Below are positions 1 through 12,302 of a stretch of 64,000 nt of DNA, one piece after another. Source of the DNA: Mobula hypostoma (taxonomy: Eukaryota); NCBI RefSeq assembly GCF_963921235.1, contig NC_086097.1, positions 84,942,001-85,006,000 of the forward strand, given 5' to 3'. Numbering within the stretch: the stretch's first letter is position 1; each line of letters opens with the position of its first letter. The notes below the pieces were generated by a model. It had not been told where the DNA came from and ran no database searches. It saw only the letters and a program-made list of their open reading frames with translations. A program made the translations under genes and the position numbers.

Positions 1-758
1 TTTGCCTTTTAAGGCGCTTCTTCCAAGGGCTGGTCAACATGGAGGACTAACATAGTGGCAATTAGAAGGCTGTTTTCTTGCCTGTGTTTAACTTGATGTC
101 TTTATAGAATTAGGACTCACAAGACTACTTCCATCCACTCTTAAATGTTGCATGCAACATCCAGGCTCTACATGAACAACATACATCTGCTTCCTTGACA
201 GGGAAGTCAAATGCTCAGCTGGCTCTGGTGCTCCAGTCACACCTCTAGGGCATGGCCTTAATTTGCATAAGTTAAAGGCAGTTCACCTGCTTTGGATGTG
301 TGCCTGCCCTGGGTAAGGACAACTTGGCTGAGCTAATAAGAAGTCCACCATCAGGTGGGCTTACAGTACCTCAGGTGGCATTTTACAACAGGCAGAAATA
401 AATCATACAAGTTCTTAAGTAGAGTCGGAAACAGATTATTTGAAGTGTGTGGTCTATGATGCTGGTGGTGGTGGAGGCAGAAACTGAGGTAGACACTATT
501 ATACCTTGTCTGTTCTTTCTGTGTCTTTTCCTTCTTCAATTTTTGTTCACTTTCTCTGCTTTTCTACAGGATTCGTGTTGAAATTGAACAAACTCGGGCG
601 ACCCTGCATTCTTCTCACATTTTCGTTTTTCTAACAAGTCTGCAGACACTCACTTAGTCCATTTCAACCCTACTTCTCACCAGACTTGCTGCTTTCTGAT
701 ACAAAGAACTGGAGTCCTTTCGAGGCCCGGGACAGGGGACTTTCATGCTATTATTCAT

Positions 759-761
<3 letters not shown>

Positions 762-794
<33 letters not shown>
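762..794. repeat. (CA)n microsatellite
   Basis: Pure CA run followed by a short inverted GCGTGTGTGCG. Confidence 0.97.
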
Positions 795-796
<2 letters not shown>

Positions 797-879
797 GTGT
801 GTGCGGGCATGTGACATAGACACACAAATTTCAAAATTCCTTTTTTTAAACACCTTTACCAAATTTTCTTGTGCTTTGT

Positions 880-1005
880 GCGGGACCCAACCCAGACCAC
901 AGCAACCTCACGCAGGACCCGGCCGAGCCCTTGGCAACTCCATACAGGACCCAACCTGGACCATGGCAATCTCATGCAGGACCTGTACCAGACCTCGGCA
1001 ACCTG
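880..1005. repeat. Diverged 32-bp tandem repeat, 4 units
   Basis: Units start at 880, 912, 944, 976 with consensus RCRGGACC...GCAAY. Confidence 0.8.
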
Positions 1006-2335
1006 TTTTTAATGTTGCAGCTTCACTATGTTGGTGACTAAAGTGTTAGTGTACCTCGACTACTCCACACAGGAGGAAACTTGCATACCAGCAGTGGACT
1101 CAGTTCCTTGGTCAAACATGAACAGCCAAGGATTTAGGACTGATTGGCTACTATATTCTTCTACAGTGAAGTCGTGGGTTAGCTGTCTTAATAGAACCTG
1201 CAAGTAACTGTCACTGCCAATAATAAAAGAAAATAACTAAAATCACCAGGCCTAGAACACTCATGCTCTTAAAACATGTTTGTATTTAACTTGTACACAA
1301 GGAGAACAGCGTGGCTCCTGTCACCCACACTCTTCTAAAGTCTGAACAGAAAATAGCTATTTTTTATACAGAATCGGCTTATCAGTCATGGATATTGGCC
1401 ATTTAGTAAGTTCCTTATTTGCAAGATCAATCGCCATTCACAATAGAGGTGTTAAAAGTCAATCGAAACTTCAAACTGGCAGCTGATGATATTTTGAATT
1501 CAGTAAAGTAACTGTCCATTAGTTGTCGGGTGTGTTTCACATCCTTCTGTTATTCCTATCTCGAATTCCAGCTCCTCCTGTCGTGTAAAGGGAAATTATG
1601 TTCTTCTACATTGATTACATATTGCCATAGTCTTTCTCACCTATCTGTCTACAATGGGCAAGGTTGGCTTTAGCTGTCTCACTTCAAAGGTCTCCCTTGC
1701 CTGGGTTTAACTACACACTGTTGTAGTCATACTCAACTGGATGTTGCAATTGATCCTTGCCTGACCACAATTTACATACTGCATTCTTGAATCATGTTTG
1801 CATGCTGAATATCCCTATGATTTTTCTTTTCATATGTAAGAGTCTAAAGTCTGTGTAGTCCTTTTTTCCATCAATGTCATTGGATGTGTGCAATATTTCA
1901 AAATAGTTTTCTCAAAATCCCACTTACTGGACTATATCATTGCCTTTGACATTTAACATCAAATTGAATTTTATTTAACTAGAGGTGACTTTTGAGTAAA
2001 TGCATCTCAAATGGACTTCCTAATGAAATTGTTTATCCAAAAACTTCAGATAGTAATGCATAAAGTAATGAATTATACTGGTAGACTCACGGCAATATTG
2101 CTGTCAGTCTCTCCACCTCCTTGCCACCAACACACAAAGGAACATCTTCCTCTTGCTGCTTTTGCCTCCAGCGAGTCCTGACATTGGTCAACTTTTAGAT
2201 GGATAGGCTATGAACCTGACACTCTACTCCATGCCAGCATACTTATGTGAGTTTAAGGTAATGGTTTAGAACTTACTGTGAATGGCTGGCAATTCTGTCC
2301 CAAACTGCTTGTATTTCCTATCACTTACCTGAGAA

Positions 2336-2517
2336 GTTCAAAGTTCAAAGTACATTTGTTATCAAAGTACGTATACATTGAGATTTGTCTCCTTACAGGC
2401 AGCCATGAAACAAGAAACCTGAAAGAACCCATTAAAAAAATCCAACAAACACCCAATGTGCCGAGAGTGAGAAAAAACAAATTGTGCAAACAATGAAAGC
2501 AAGCAACAGCATTCAGA
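2336..2517 (-). mobile_element. 3' tail fragment of Rex/Babar-type (non-autonomous) retroelement
   Basis: GTTCAAAGTTCAAAG tail; similar to tails at 4130 and 29515. Confidence 0.5.
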
Positions 2518-2807
2518 GGTGTTAGGAAATTCAGGAATGTGGAATTCTCAACATTGCTAACCAGGATCCGCTGCCGATTTCCTGGCTATATTGTGAAGTT
2601 GGACTCCTTGCTGAACCCCCAGAGTTATGCTGAAGAGTTTGCCTGCGAACTTTTACAGTTAGATCTGGTACAAGGTGAGAGAGACTAATTGGAGAAGAAT
2701 AGAGAGGGGAGAGGAGGTTAATTTAAAGTAATTCAATTTTTTTGGAATAACTAGGTTTGTTTTTTTATCTGTTTCAAAAGTTTATAAGTTTTGAAATTGA
2801 ATTAATG

Positions 2808-2905
2808 ATTCTGATGAATAGTCTCAGTCTGAAAGGTCAATTGTACTCTTTTCCATAGATGCTGTCTGGCCTGCTGAGCTCCTCCAGCATTTTGTGTGTG
2901 TTGCC
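2808..2905 (+). mobile_element. Penelope-like terminal-repeat fragment
   Basis: CTGATGA...GAAA then ATAGATGCTGTCTGGCCTGCTGAGCTCCTCCAGCATTTTGTGTGTGTTGC, matching the 3' end of the PLE at 12303-13008. Confidence 0.7.
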
Positions 2906-3069
2906 TGTAGTGATTTTATTGTTTTTTTCCCCTAGCTTTTGGTGCTTTTTTTTATTATTAGTTGACATGTCTGACAGCTGCCATAGCCTGGAGAGATGTG
3001 ATTATGCTGGTTGACAACACTTTTCATTTGTGGACAAGGCATGTTTAACCTGAACCACATTCTGACATT

Positions 3070-4130
3070 CAAATGTCAAAGTCAAGGTCAAGTTTATTGT
3101 GGTATGCACAAGTACACGTATGCACAGACACATTGAAAAACTTACTTGCAGAAGCATCAAGGCATATGGCATCAAATGCACAACATTCATAAGAAAAGCA
3201 TAACATAAATCATATTGAACATTTACAGACAGAACATAATTAGAAAAAATACTCCATTGTAGCGCATAGTCATCAAAGTGGCCATAGTGTTGTTAAACTG
3301 GGTTCTGCCGGTAGGTTTGAGAACCAAGTGGTTGGAGCTGTTCTAAATATGGTGGTGTGGGACTTCAGTCTTCCGTACCTCGTGTCCAATAGTATCTGAG
3401 AGAAGATGGCATGGCCCAGATAGTGGACATCTAGACGTTGCTTTCATGAGGCAGCACCTCCTGTGGATGGTACCGATGGAGAGAAGGATGTGTTGTTGGT
3501 GTATTGGGCTCAGTCTACTACTTTGCAGCTCCTTAGGTTCCTGTCAATTCAGATTGCTGTACCAGAACATGATACAACCAGTCAGGATACCTTCACCTGT
3601 AGAGATTTGTTGGAGTGTTTCAAAGGTCCAATTTAATGTCAGAGGAATGTATACAATATGCATCCTGAATTTTTTTTTTCGCAAACATCCATGGAAACAG
3701 AGAAGTGCCCCACAGAATGAACGACAGTTAAATGTCAGAACCCCAAAGTCCCTCCCCAGATCCCCCCTCCCACACGTAAGTGGCAGCATGCAACGATCCC
3801 CCTCCCCCCACCAGCAAAAAAAAAGCACATTGGTACCATCACTGAGCCCAAGTGTGTGCTAAGCAATAGCAAAGACACAGACCAAAGCTACCCCAAAGGC
3901 TTCGCATTTCATCTGATATTCGACAGACCGCAGTTCTCTCTCTCCCTGGCAAGGGAGAGGGAGGTGTCCCCCATTTTCACAGCAAGCGGGAGACATAGCA
4001 ACAACCTGCAGGTTTATGATGTTAAGTGACAAACTGAACTTCCTTAACTTCCTAAGAATGTAAAGACGCAGGCAATGCCTTCCTTGTGTTTGCAGCTAAG
4101 TTCTGAACCCTGCACAGGTCATCTGATATG
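3070..4130 (-). mobile_element. Degenerate Rex/Babar LINE 3' fragment with nested insert (~3622-4022)
   Basis: GTCAAAGTCAAGGTCAAG tail; GILTGCIMFWYSN resembles ERILTGCITVWYG of the 7537-8082 ORF. Confidence 0.6.
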
Positions 4131-4523
4131 TTCAAAGTCCTAAGTAAATTTATGATCAGAATATTATAGATATGTCATCATATACAACCCTGAGATTCAT
4201 TTTTTTACAGGTGTACTCAAAAAATCCATAATAGAATAATAACCATAATAGAATCAATAAAAGGCCGCACCAACTTGGCTGTTCAACCAGTGTGGAAAAG
4301 GCAACAAACTGCACAAATACAAAAGGAAAGAAATAATAATAATAAACAAATAAGCAATAAATATCAGGAACATGAGATGAAGAGTCCTCGAAAGTGAGAG
4401 TCCATAGGTTGTGGAAACAGTTCCGTAATGCGGCAAGTGAAGTTGAATGAAGTTATCCCCTTTGGTATAAGAGCCTTATGGGGGACTGATCCTCATGGTT
4501 GTGTTTCTGCATTTACAATCTAA

Positions 4524-5025
4524 AGACTGATTTATACTCGTGCATCAAATTGACACCGTAGGTACGGCGTAGCCGCGAACCCTATGCAGAGCCTATACGG
4601 ATCCCTACACCGTAGCCTGGCGCGCACCTCTCCCAAAATGTAACTATGTGTCGCTGTAACGCAGACAGCAACAACTGTGATTGGTCCGCTTGGTAGCATC
4701 GCATTTCCTCCTACGCTGCAATAGCTTGCCATTGGGCGACTGAAGGGCAGGGGAGGAACTCTGGCTGCAATGCTTTCCATAAAGCTTTACTGACCTCCGA
4801 AATTATGGAGGGGACATTTCGCTTTTATGAAAAAAGACGCTTGCTTTAAACTTGTTTACCCTGAGAAAGACTACCAAGACCATGAAGCCTTGCATGGGCA
4901 GATGTGTGTGCATGCATGACGTGCGTGAATTGCAGAGCGACGCAGACACACCAACGCACAAGTATAAATGCTCACAACGCGCGTAGGCCACCTGCATAGG
5001 TTACGGCGTCCATTTGACGCAGCCT
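4524..5025. mobile_element. Non-autonomous PIF/Harbinger-like MITE
   Basis: Imperfect terminal inverted repeats (AGACTGATTTATACTCGTGCATCAAATTGACACCGTA / TACGGCGTCCATTTGACGCAGCCT), TAA/TTA flanks, CpG-rich interior. Confidence 0.65.
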
Positions 5026-5743
5026 TTAACGTAATATTGTGCATCTGATTTCTGGTTGTTATTCCACACCACATTGTGGAAGCTGCTGACAGTTCCAGTT
5101 AATGTTGAATGGATTCTATTTGTCATGACGAGTGCTCTGCTTCATGTCAATGAATTACTGAAAAGATTTCTCTACAATCAGTACAACTTGGCTAGTACAA
5201 AAGTCCAAATGAGCTTTGTGCTAACACTTATTGGTTAGCGAAACAAGACATTTGACAAGCTTGGACAAGAAAGCATGTTCCCAATTGTGGGATATTTATG
5301 CCGTTCATGTGTGAGGCAACGGCCACCTCCAACATTTCACTGCCTCCCTTTTTCACTCAATCTTGCCTCAGCATCAGCAAATCCTCCACCATAAGCATCA
5401 TGGGAGAATCAAAGTTAATTGGACAAAGCATTACAATACTGTGGCCACAAGAGCAGGTTAAATGGTTCACACTTATAGAAAATAGAACCAGAGAGATTTA
5501 TTGGAATTGGAATTCGTTTATTATTGTCTCATGTACTGAACTTGCTTTGCATACTGTTCATACAAATCAAGTAACACAGTACATTGAGATAGAACAAGGT
5601 AAAGCAATGACAATGCAGAATAAAGTGTAACAGCTGCAAACAAAGTGCAGTGCAGGTAAACAATAAGATGTGAGAATTTAACAAGGTAGATTTGAGGTCA
5701 GAAAACAAAAACACTTCAAGCCATTTCCCCCTTTCAGGAAGTT

Positions 5744-6625
5744 TATTTGTTTATTGAGATACAGCACAGAATAGGCTCTTCCGACACTTCAAACCATGCC
5801 ACCGAACCTCGACTTAATCTGAGCCTAATCACCGGACAATTTACAATGACCAATTAACCTCCCAATCTTTCTTTCTTTTTTCAATCTTTTTATTGATTTT
5901 TTAAAAAAGTGTGTATACAAACAAGAGGAGAATATCTCTGGTATATATGTCAGTAACAGTAAATACAGAAGGTAAAATAAACAATATCAGAATCACACAT
6001 AGTGTTGATCTACAAGTATAAATTTGATATAGAATGTATAATACAGAAAAAAAAGAATGTAATTCATTCTCCTCTTATCAATTTATGAAGAAAGGAAGGA
6101 CTATTAGAAATATTTATATATTAAAAAAAGAAAAAACCCACTATTCTAAACAAGAAAAGTAGGACTGGGCAGTCCATCCTGAGAGAAAAATCAAGAGAAG
6201 GGAGACTCGCTGATCAAATCTAAGGTTCTGAGAAAATAGCTGGAAGAGAATCAGTACAAAAATCAGATCATATGAAAATATTGAATAAAAAGTCACCAGA
6301 TTTCTTCAAATTTAAAGGATGTATCCAACGCCCGACTTCTTATTTTCTCTAGACTTAAACAGGACATGATAGAGGAAAGCCAATAAAAGGCAATAGGATG
6401 GTTAGGGTCTTTCCACTTAAGTAAAATGGCTTTCCTAGCCAATAGGGTTGAAAACCTCCCAACCGATACGTCTTTGGACTGTTGGAGGAAGCAGAAGCAC
6501 CTGGAGGAACCCCACTGGGTCACGGGGAGAACGTACAAACTCCCTACAAGCAGTGGCAGGAAATGAACCCGGGTTGCTGGTACTGTAAAATGTTGTGCTA
6601 ACCATTATGCTATCCTGTCACCCCT
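5744..6625 (-). mobile_element. HE1/V-SINE-like tRNA-derived SINE, split by an L1 insertion
   Basis: GGACAATTTACAATGACCAATTAACCT and GAACCCGGGTTGCTGG...GTGCTAACCA are the reverse complement of the SINE at 13191. Confidence 0.85.
5866..6452 (-). mobile_element. 5'-truncated L1-clade LINE (ORF2 C-terminus, 3'UTR, A-rich tail)
   Basis: LLARKAILLKWKDP...WLSSIMSCLSLEKIR...KFEEIW resembles fish L1 ORF2 end; TSD AACCTCCCAA at 5856-5865 and 6453-6462. Confidence 0.8.
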
Positions 6626-7308
6626 TCAGTGTAAGACTTTATCACACCCCACCCTGGGAGAAAAAAAAATTCCTCTTTATTGACACTTTCATCAACGTAC
6701 CAAAGGCCAGTGACCGAGAATAATTGGTTCAATCATAGAGTGAAACTTGATCTCAATTACCTGCTCAAAGGAAGATGGGAAAGGAATCTGATTGTTAAAC
6801 TGGGGTGACACCCCTCTGTCCTGTTCAATGGTGTTTTAACTTGTAAAGTGATACTTTAAGTAAATATGTCTAATTGGAAAGATGTAGAGTGTGAATACTG
6901 GCTGATTCATTATCATTGGTCCCTGTTGCCAAGTCATTTGTGCCATCCAGATGTGCCATTTCTCTAATTCCTCATTGAACGCAGCTTTGTATCTGTCAGC
7001 TAACAGATTGCTGTTTTCTTCCAAAATTCAAACAGCATATGGACTATGTCTGTTGGAATACAGCATTTATGTAAATGAATCACACCAGTGTATTCCACAG
7101 AGCAGTAGGGTCACAAGATTTACTTACAGCAGCTTGGCATATGCAGCCCCTCCTGCAGCAGAGTCCCCTATCGGACTGGCCTCTCAACCTCCATTCATGG
7201 CAATTACACCTGTGGGATGTTGTCTGTTAAAATTCAGCACCACCTTCACACTATAATTCCTCAGCAGAGGAATGGAAGGGGAATTTCATTAAGAGGGAAC
7301 ATTAGTAT

Positions 7309-8103
7309 AATCAGAAACAGAATCAGGTTTATTATCACTGGCATGTGATGTGAAATTTGTTAACTTAGCAGCAGCAGTTCAATGGACTATATAACCTGAC
7401 AGAGAGAGAAATAATAATAAATAAAAAATAATAATAAATAAACAAGTAAATCAATTACGTATATTGAATAGATTTAAAAGAATGTGCAAAAACAGAAATA
7501 CTGTATATTAAGAAAAGTGAGATAGCGTCCAAAGCTTCAATGTCCATTTAGGAATCGGGTGGCAGAGGGGAAGAAGCTGTTCCTGAATCGCTGTTTGTGT
7601 GCCTTCAGGCTTCTATATCTCCTCCCTGATGGTAACAGTGAGAAAAGGGCATGCCCTGGGTGCTGGAGGTCCTTAATAACGGATGCTGCCTTTCTGTGAC
7701 ACCGCTCCCTAAAGATGTCCTGGGTACTTTGTAGGCTGGTACCCAAGATGGAGCTGACTAGATTTACAACCTTCTGCAGCTTCTTTCGGTCCTGTGCAGT
7801 AGCCCCTCCATACCAGACAGTGATGCAGCCTGTCAGAATTCTCTCCATGGTACAACTATAGAAGTTCTTGAGTGTATTTGTTGACATGCCAAAACTCTTC
7901 AAACTCCTAATAAAATATAGCTGCTGTCTTGCCTTCTTTATAACTACATCGATATGTTTGGACCAGGTTAGATCCTCAGAGATCTTGATACTGAAGAACT
8001 TGAAGCTGCTCACTGTCTCCACTTCTGATCCCTCTATGAGGATTAGTATGTGCTCCTTCGTCTTACCCTTCCTGAAGTCCACAATCAGCTCTTTCGTCTT
8101 ACT
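7309..8103 (-). mobile_element. Rex1/Babar LINE 3' fragment; ORF 7537-8082 is the RT C-terminal region
   Basis: DFRK...VETVSSFKF..ISEDLTWS.HI..V.KKARQ.LYF.R.L...HPGH.LF.LLPSGRRYRS...RFRNSFFPSA; AATCAG-repeat tail at 7309. Confidence 0.9.
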
Positions 8104-8550
8104 GTATTATTTCCCCAGTGTTTTTCTCTTCCAGACAATGGGGAATTGTCTGGCCTCGTCTTGGTCATTATACAGCCTTGAGGATCTCCTCATATTGAGT
8201 ACAGAAGATATCAGCACCAATGCTATCAATTCATGCTGAAGTATTTCAAAGAGAAGCCTTCAGGCAATGGAGTTGTTTGGATTGCAGGCAACCACAAAAA
8301 GTCTTGGAAGTTGTACCGCAGTGTTGAAAACACCAGGTCACCATAGCAGATTTTTATGTAAGCCTGTTATGTAGGGATTTCCTTCTTCTTCTCAGGATTG
8401 CTTGATGTCATTTCCAATACATGTGTGTAAAGGAGAATGAAATCATTGCTACTCCAGATCCATTGCAGAGCAAGAAAAAGCACAATAAGATAAAGAACAC
8501 AATAATAATAAAAATACACAATAAGTGTAAATACATAAGGTCGCCTATAT

Positions 8551-8810
8551 AGTGGAGTCCTGCTAATTGGTCTATCAGTTAATCGGGGTGGCTGCTTATA
8601 TGGGACAACTGTTAAAGCAAAAAAACTAATTGAGAAAATAGCCAGGGTTCCCTTTGTTTATACAATATGCCAATTAACTAGGACAGAAGACTGTTGATGA
8701 ATAGTTTCTAACCAGCTGAACTTGTGTGGCCAGTAGACACAGCGCCATGCTTAAAGTGAACAGTTTTTAAATAGCCTCAGTTGTGTGTGTCTGTGTTCAA
8801 AAAGCAGTGA
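8551..8810. mobile_element. Tigger/pogo-like non-autonomous DNA transposon end
   Basis: TA-flanked AGTGGAGTCC.GCTAATTGG...TATGGGACAACT terminal motif; only one end seen. Confidence 0.45.
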
Positions 8811-8894
8811 TGGCCCTGTGTGATTTGTAGCATAGTTCATAATCCTCTGATGCCAAAGCAATATCGGTTATCTCTGTTTAGTCCCTTGGGGAAA

Positions 8895-9345
8895 CCCTGA
8901 ACTTCCTGCTAACTGTAATTTAATTCCCCATTCCAATCCCACTCTGAGCTCTTTGCTTCGAGCTCTTACACTATTCTAAGGTAAGCATGTGGAGCAGTAC
9001 CTGATCATTGATCTGGGCATTAGGTGGATCTCAGGACTCAAAGATGAGTTGAAAACTTCCAAAAAGCAAATTCCACAAATGTGGTTGTACTGTACATTTC
9101 AGTTTCAACTTGTTTCTGATTTTGCTTCTACCTGCCAGTTTTTACTATAATTGTTGCCTGGACGCTTATGATCACAGTATCACTAACAGTTGTTTCATTG
9201 TCTCTACCACTCCCCTCCCCTCCTCGACAACTTCAAATATACAGTCTGAGTTCCAATTAAGGGTCCTTGAGAGAAAAGATTAACTCCATTTCTCTCCTTT
9301 TGTTTGCTGCCTGATCTACTCTGTGCTTCCAGTATGTTCTGTTTT
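8895..9345 (+). mobile_element. Highly degenerate Penelope-like fragment
   Basis: TTTAATTCCCCATTCCAATCCCACTCTGA...GGAGCAGTACCTGATC resembles the GIY-YIG region at 12303; ends with GCTGCCTGATCTACTCTGTGCTTCCAG. Confidence 0.55.
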
Positions 9346-9564
9346 TCATAAGAATTATGCCAGAATTTCAATCTCTTGTGTTCACTCCAGTAATTTAGTA
9401 TTTTATCATTTACCAGTCGACACATCAAGTCTTAGAGTCTGCGGAGTCAACCCATGATCATAATCCCAAGTTTAACCCTTACCTCAATTTTGTGATCGGT
9501 CATAATTTTCAGACAGGTAATCTCATGAAGGTTTCAGACAGGAAAGGTGGTGATTTTTTTTTCA

Positions 9565-9800
9565 GACAGCACAATGTCTCAAAGCCCGAGGTTCAAACCC
9601 GACCTTTGGTGGTCCTTGTGTGGCGGTTGCCTATTTTCCCTGTGACAATGTGGGTTTCATCCAAATATTTTGGTTTCCTGCCTTGGGCCATAGACATGCA
9701 GGTTGGATGGTTAATTGGCCACTGTAAGTTGCCTCTGGGATGTAGGTGAGTGGAAGTGAAGTAACTGTGGGGAGAATAGAGTACAGAGAAAATTACTCGG
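9565..9800 (+). mobile_element. V-SINE (HE1-like), degenerate
   Basis: GGTTCAAACCC B-box, TGTGGGTTTC..., GGTTAATTGGCCACTGTAAGTTGCC. Confidence 0.7.
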
Positions 9801-10276
9801 GGAACGGAAGCTGATGCTCATGGCATTTATACCCTGTGAATGCATGCCTGTGACAATAAACTTCAACTCGCAAATCAGACTAGGAATTGTTCCCTGAGTC
9901 AGATACACTTGGTGGATTGAAATTGCCTTCGTTTATGTTGAAAGGAAATAGGGAAAAAAAATGAGTGTTGCTCTTAAGTTCGGTGAATCAAAAAGTGAGA
10001 CAGGTGATTTCATTGCATAAGATGTGGAGAGCAGATGGCACTCCCTACTGATGGAAGAGCAATGCTTGAAGATAAACAAATGTAAAACTGATGTGAAAGT
10101 TGGTCCCATGCCTATATATGCTGATGGATATTAGAACAGAACCTAACTGAACTTTGAACCCAGCAATCCATATCCTGGTGTCTTATGACAGAAAACAGAT
10201 ACTTTCCATGTGAAGATGAGAGGGCCATGTGACCAGAATGTAGAAAGTATAGTCAAAAACTGGGGTATTCTCAGCA

Positions 10277-10421
10277 CACAAACACGAGGAAATCTGCAGA
10301 TGCTGGAATTTCAAGCAACACACATAAAAGTTGTTGGTGAACACAGCAGGCCAGGCAGCATCTATAGGAAGAGGTACAGTCGACGTTTTGGGCTGAGACC
10401 CTTCTTTTATGTGTGTTGCTT
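10277..10421 (-). mobile_element. Short Penelope-like terminal-repeat insertion with inverted end and 13-bp TSD
   Basis: GGTATTCTCAGCA at 10264-10276 and 10422-10434; internal inverted copy CAAGCAACACACATAAAAG / CTTTTATGTGTGTTGCTTG. Confidence 0.85.
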
Positions 10422-12079
10422 GGTATTCTCAGCAGCTCTGTCTGTGGTGATTTGCTTGTGGCAGCCTTCATTTGCATTCTGCACTCGACCTGAATCTCTG
10501 ACACTATTAAATTTAGATGCTTGGTATTCAAGATTGATGCCATGTAAAGCAGTTGCAATAAAGGGCAGAAATTACACTGGCATATCTTCTTGACAGTGTT
10601 GTTCCTTGAAAATGTACGGCTTCATTTTTTTTATACACTTTAGTGGAAAATAAATCCCTGGCAATGAAGATTGGTTGCAGTTATATTTGTTCACTTCACG
10701 CTTAAGGGGTTTTAGATTCCCTCGTTCAAACATACAGATATATTTCTTAGATTAAAAAAGACAGGGATTGAACACATAGTTCCTAAAGCAGGATCATTTC
10801 ATCAGCTCTTCCGGAGGCTTTCAAGATCTTAATGTAAATACAGACCAGGAAGGCATTATGGAGAAGTTAACTCCTTTCCCCAAGGAAAACAAAATCTACT
10901 TTTCCACTTCAAGTTGAAGACTTGTTCTTGATTCAAGTCCCTCACCTGCCACAAAACACTAAGCACTCTTTCTGTTTACATGCTGATCACTGGACCTCCA
11001 TTCTGTTGGAGTTTCTTGTTGCACTAAGTTAATGGGGATAGTTTCTAAATGAAAGCACAGCCCCACTGGTCCAGTCATAATTCCAATTTCCTTGACTTCA
11101 AATATTCAAGTGATTGTTTACTGAGTGGTTAAGTCAATACCAGCTGCTTTACACAGTTCTCTGGTAAAATTTACTCTAAACTCTTCATCTTATCCCTAAT
11201 TAATTAACATCTCTGGTGTGACATAATTTGGCTGACAGTTTTATTTGTCCTTAAATCTTTGATCTTATTTTCTTACATGAGAACCAGGGCTCTGTTCAAG
11301 TTGAAATCCAACACGACCTTGCTCAATCCACTCTGAACCTGAACCGAGTCCGAGGATAAGTTATTTTCATACACGATCCAACCATTGCCCTCCAGAATTG
11401 CAGCTCAGTCCCAACACTCACCTATTTTACATGGCAGTGCAATGCCCAGTATTGTCCCAGATGGTATCTAATAATGTATTCATTAATTAGGTAATGCATT
11501 TACTTAACAGGTCCTGAGCATTGATGCCCTTGTTTACAAAGAGCTGGCCAGGATCGCTCCGAACTGAGCCCAAGGACATAAGATGTTTTTGATTATCCAA
11601 ACTTAACCCTACATATGGTCAGGTCCTGTCAGATTTGAGTTGGGAAGCCAGATTCTAACGAGAATAGAATAAGGGGATTTGTATTCATAGAAAAGACATT
11701 CTGCTGCCAGTGCAGGTATATACAGTAATTTTCAATTTGGTAAGATATGTGATAGACCAGATAAGAGTGAGGACACAAGGGACTGTTTATATTGGAATCT
11801 GGAACAAAATATGAGCTGCTGGAGGAACTCAGTAGATAAGAGTGAAATTTCCCTACTCTTCCCTCATCAAAGGTTTAACCATAGCTTCAAAATAATGTCC
11901 TAAAATGCCAAAATCTAATAATGCAGATATGCTAGTCTAATAATTTTTCCAGGTCCTCAGAGGACTTCCTAATTTCTCTGAATTAATTGGAAATTAGGCA
12001 TGATTTGTTCTGCAAATTAATGCCTTGGACAAGTCAAACTCGTAGAGTAATGACTTTCAGAGATGGTTTATAGTTGGGG

Positions 12080-12260
12080 ATGGCTCTGTGGCTCGGCTGG
12101 TTGAACTGCTGTCTCAGAGTTCTGGTAACCTATGGTCAATCCTGACTTCTGATACTTTCTTTGTGGAGTTTATACAATCTGGCTGTGATCATGTGGGTTT
12201 CTACCCACATCCTAGGGAGTATGGTTGGTAGCAAGTTGGTTTAGTTTAGAGGAAGTGGGA
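12080..12260 (+). mobile_element. V-SINE (HE1-like), degenerate
   Basis: GGTTGAACTGCTGTCTCA...GGTCAATCCTGAC...GTGGAGTTT...ATGTGGGTTTC. Confidence 0.55.
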
Positions 12261-12302
12261 GGAGCCAAAAGAGAAATTATTGAGAGTAAGGACTAATTCT
12301 GC

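Noticed and set aside
500..720. Plus-strand splice acceptor TTTCTACAG at ~569
   Set aside because: All frames close quickly, no convincing donor, and no recognisable peptide
2562..2710. Minus-strand exon after a pyrimidine tract
   Set aside because: Unrecognisable peptide, weak donor, repeat-like surroundings
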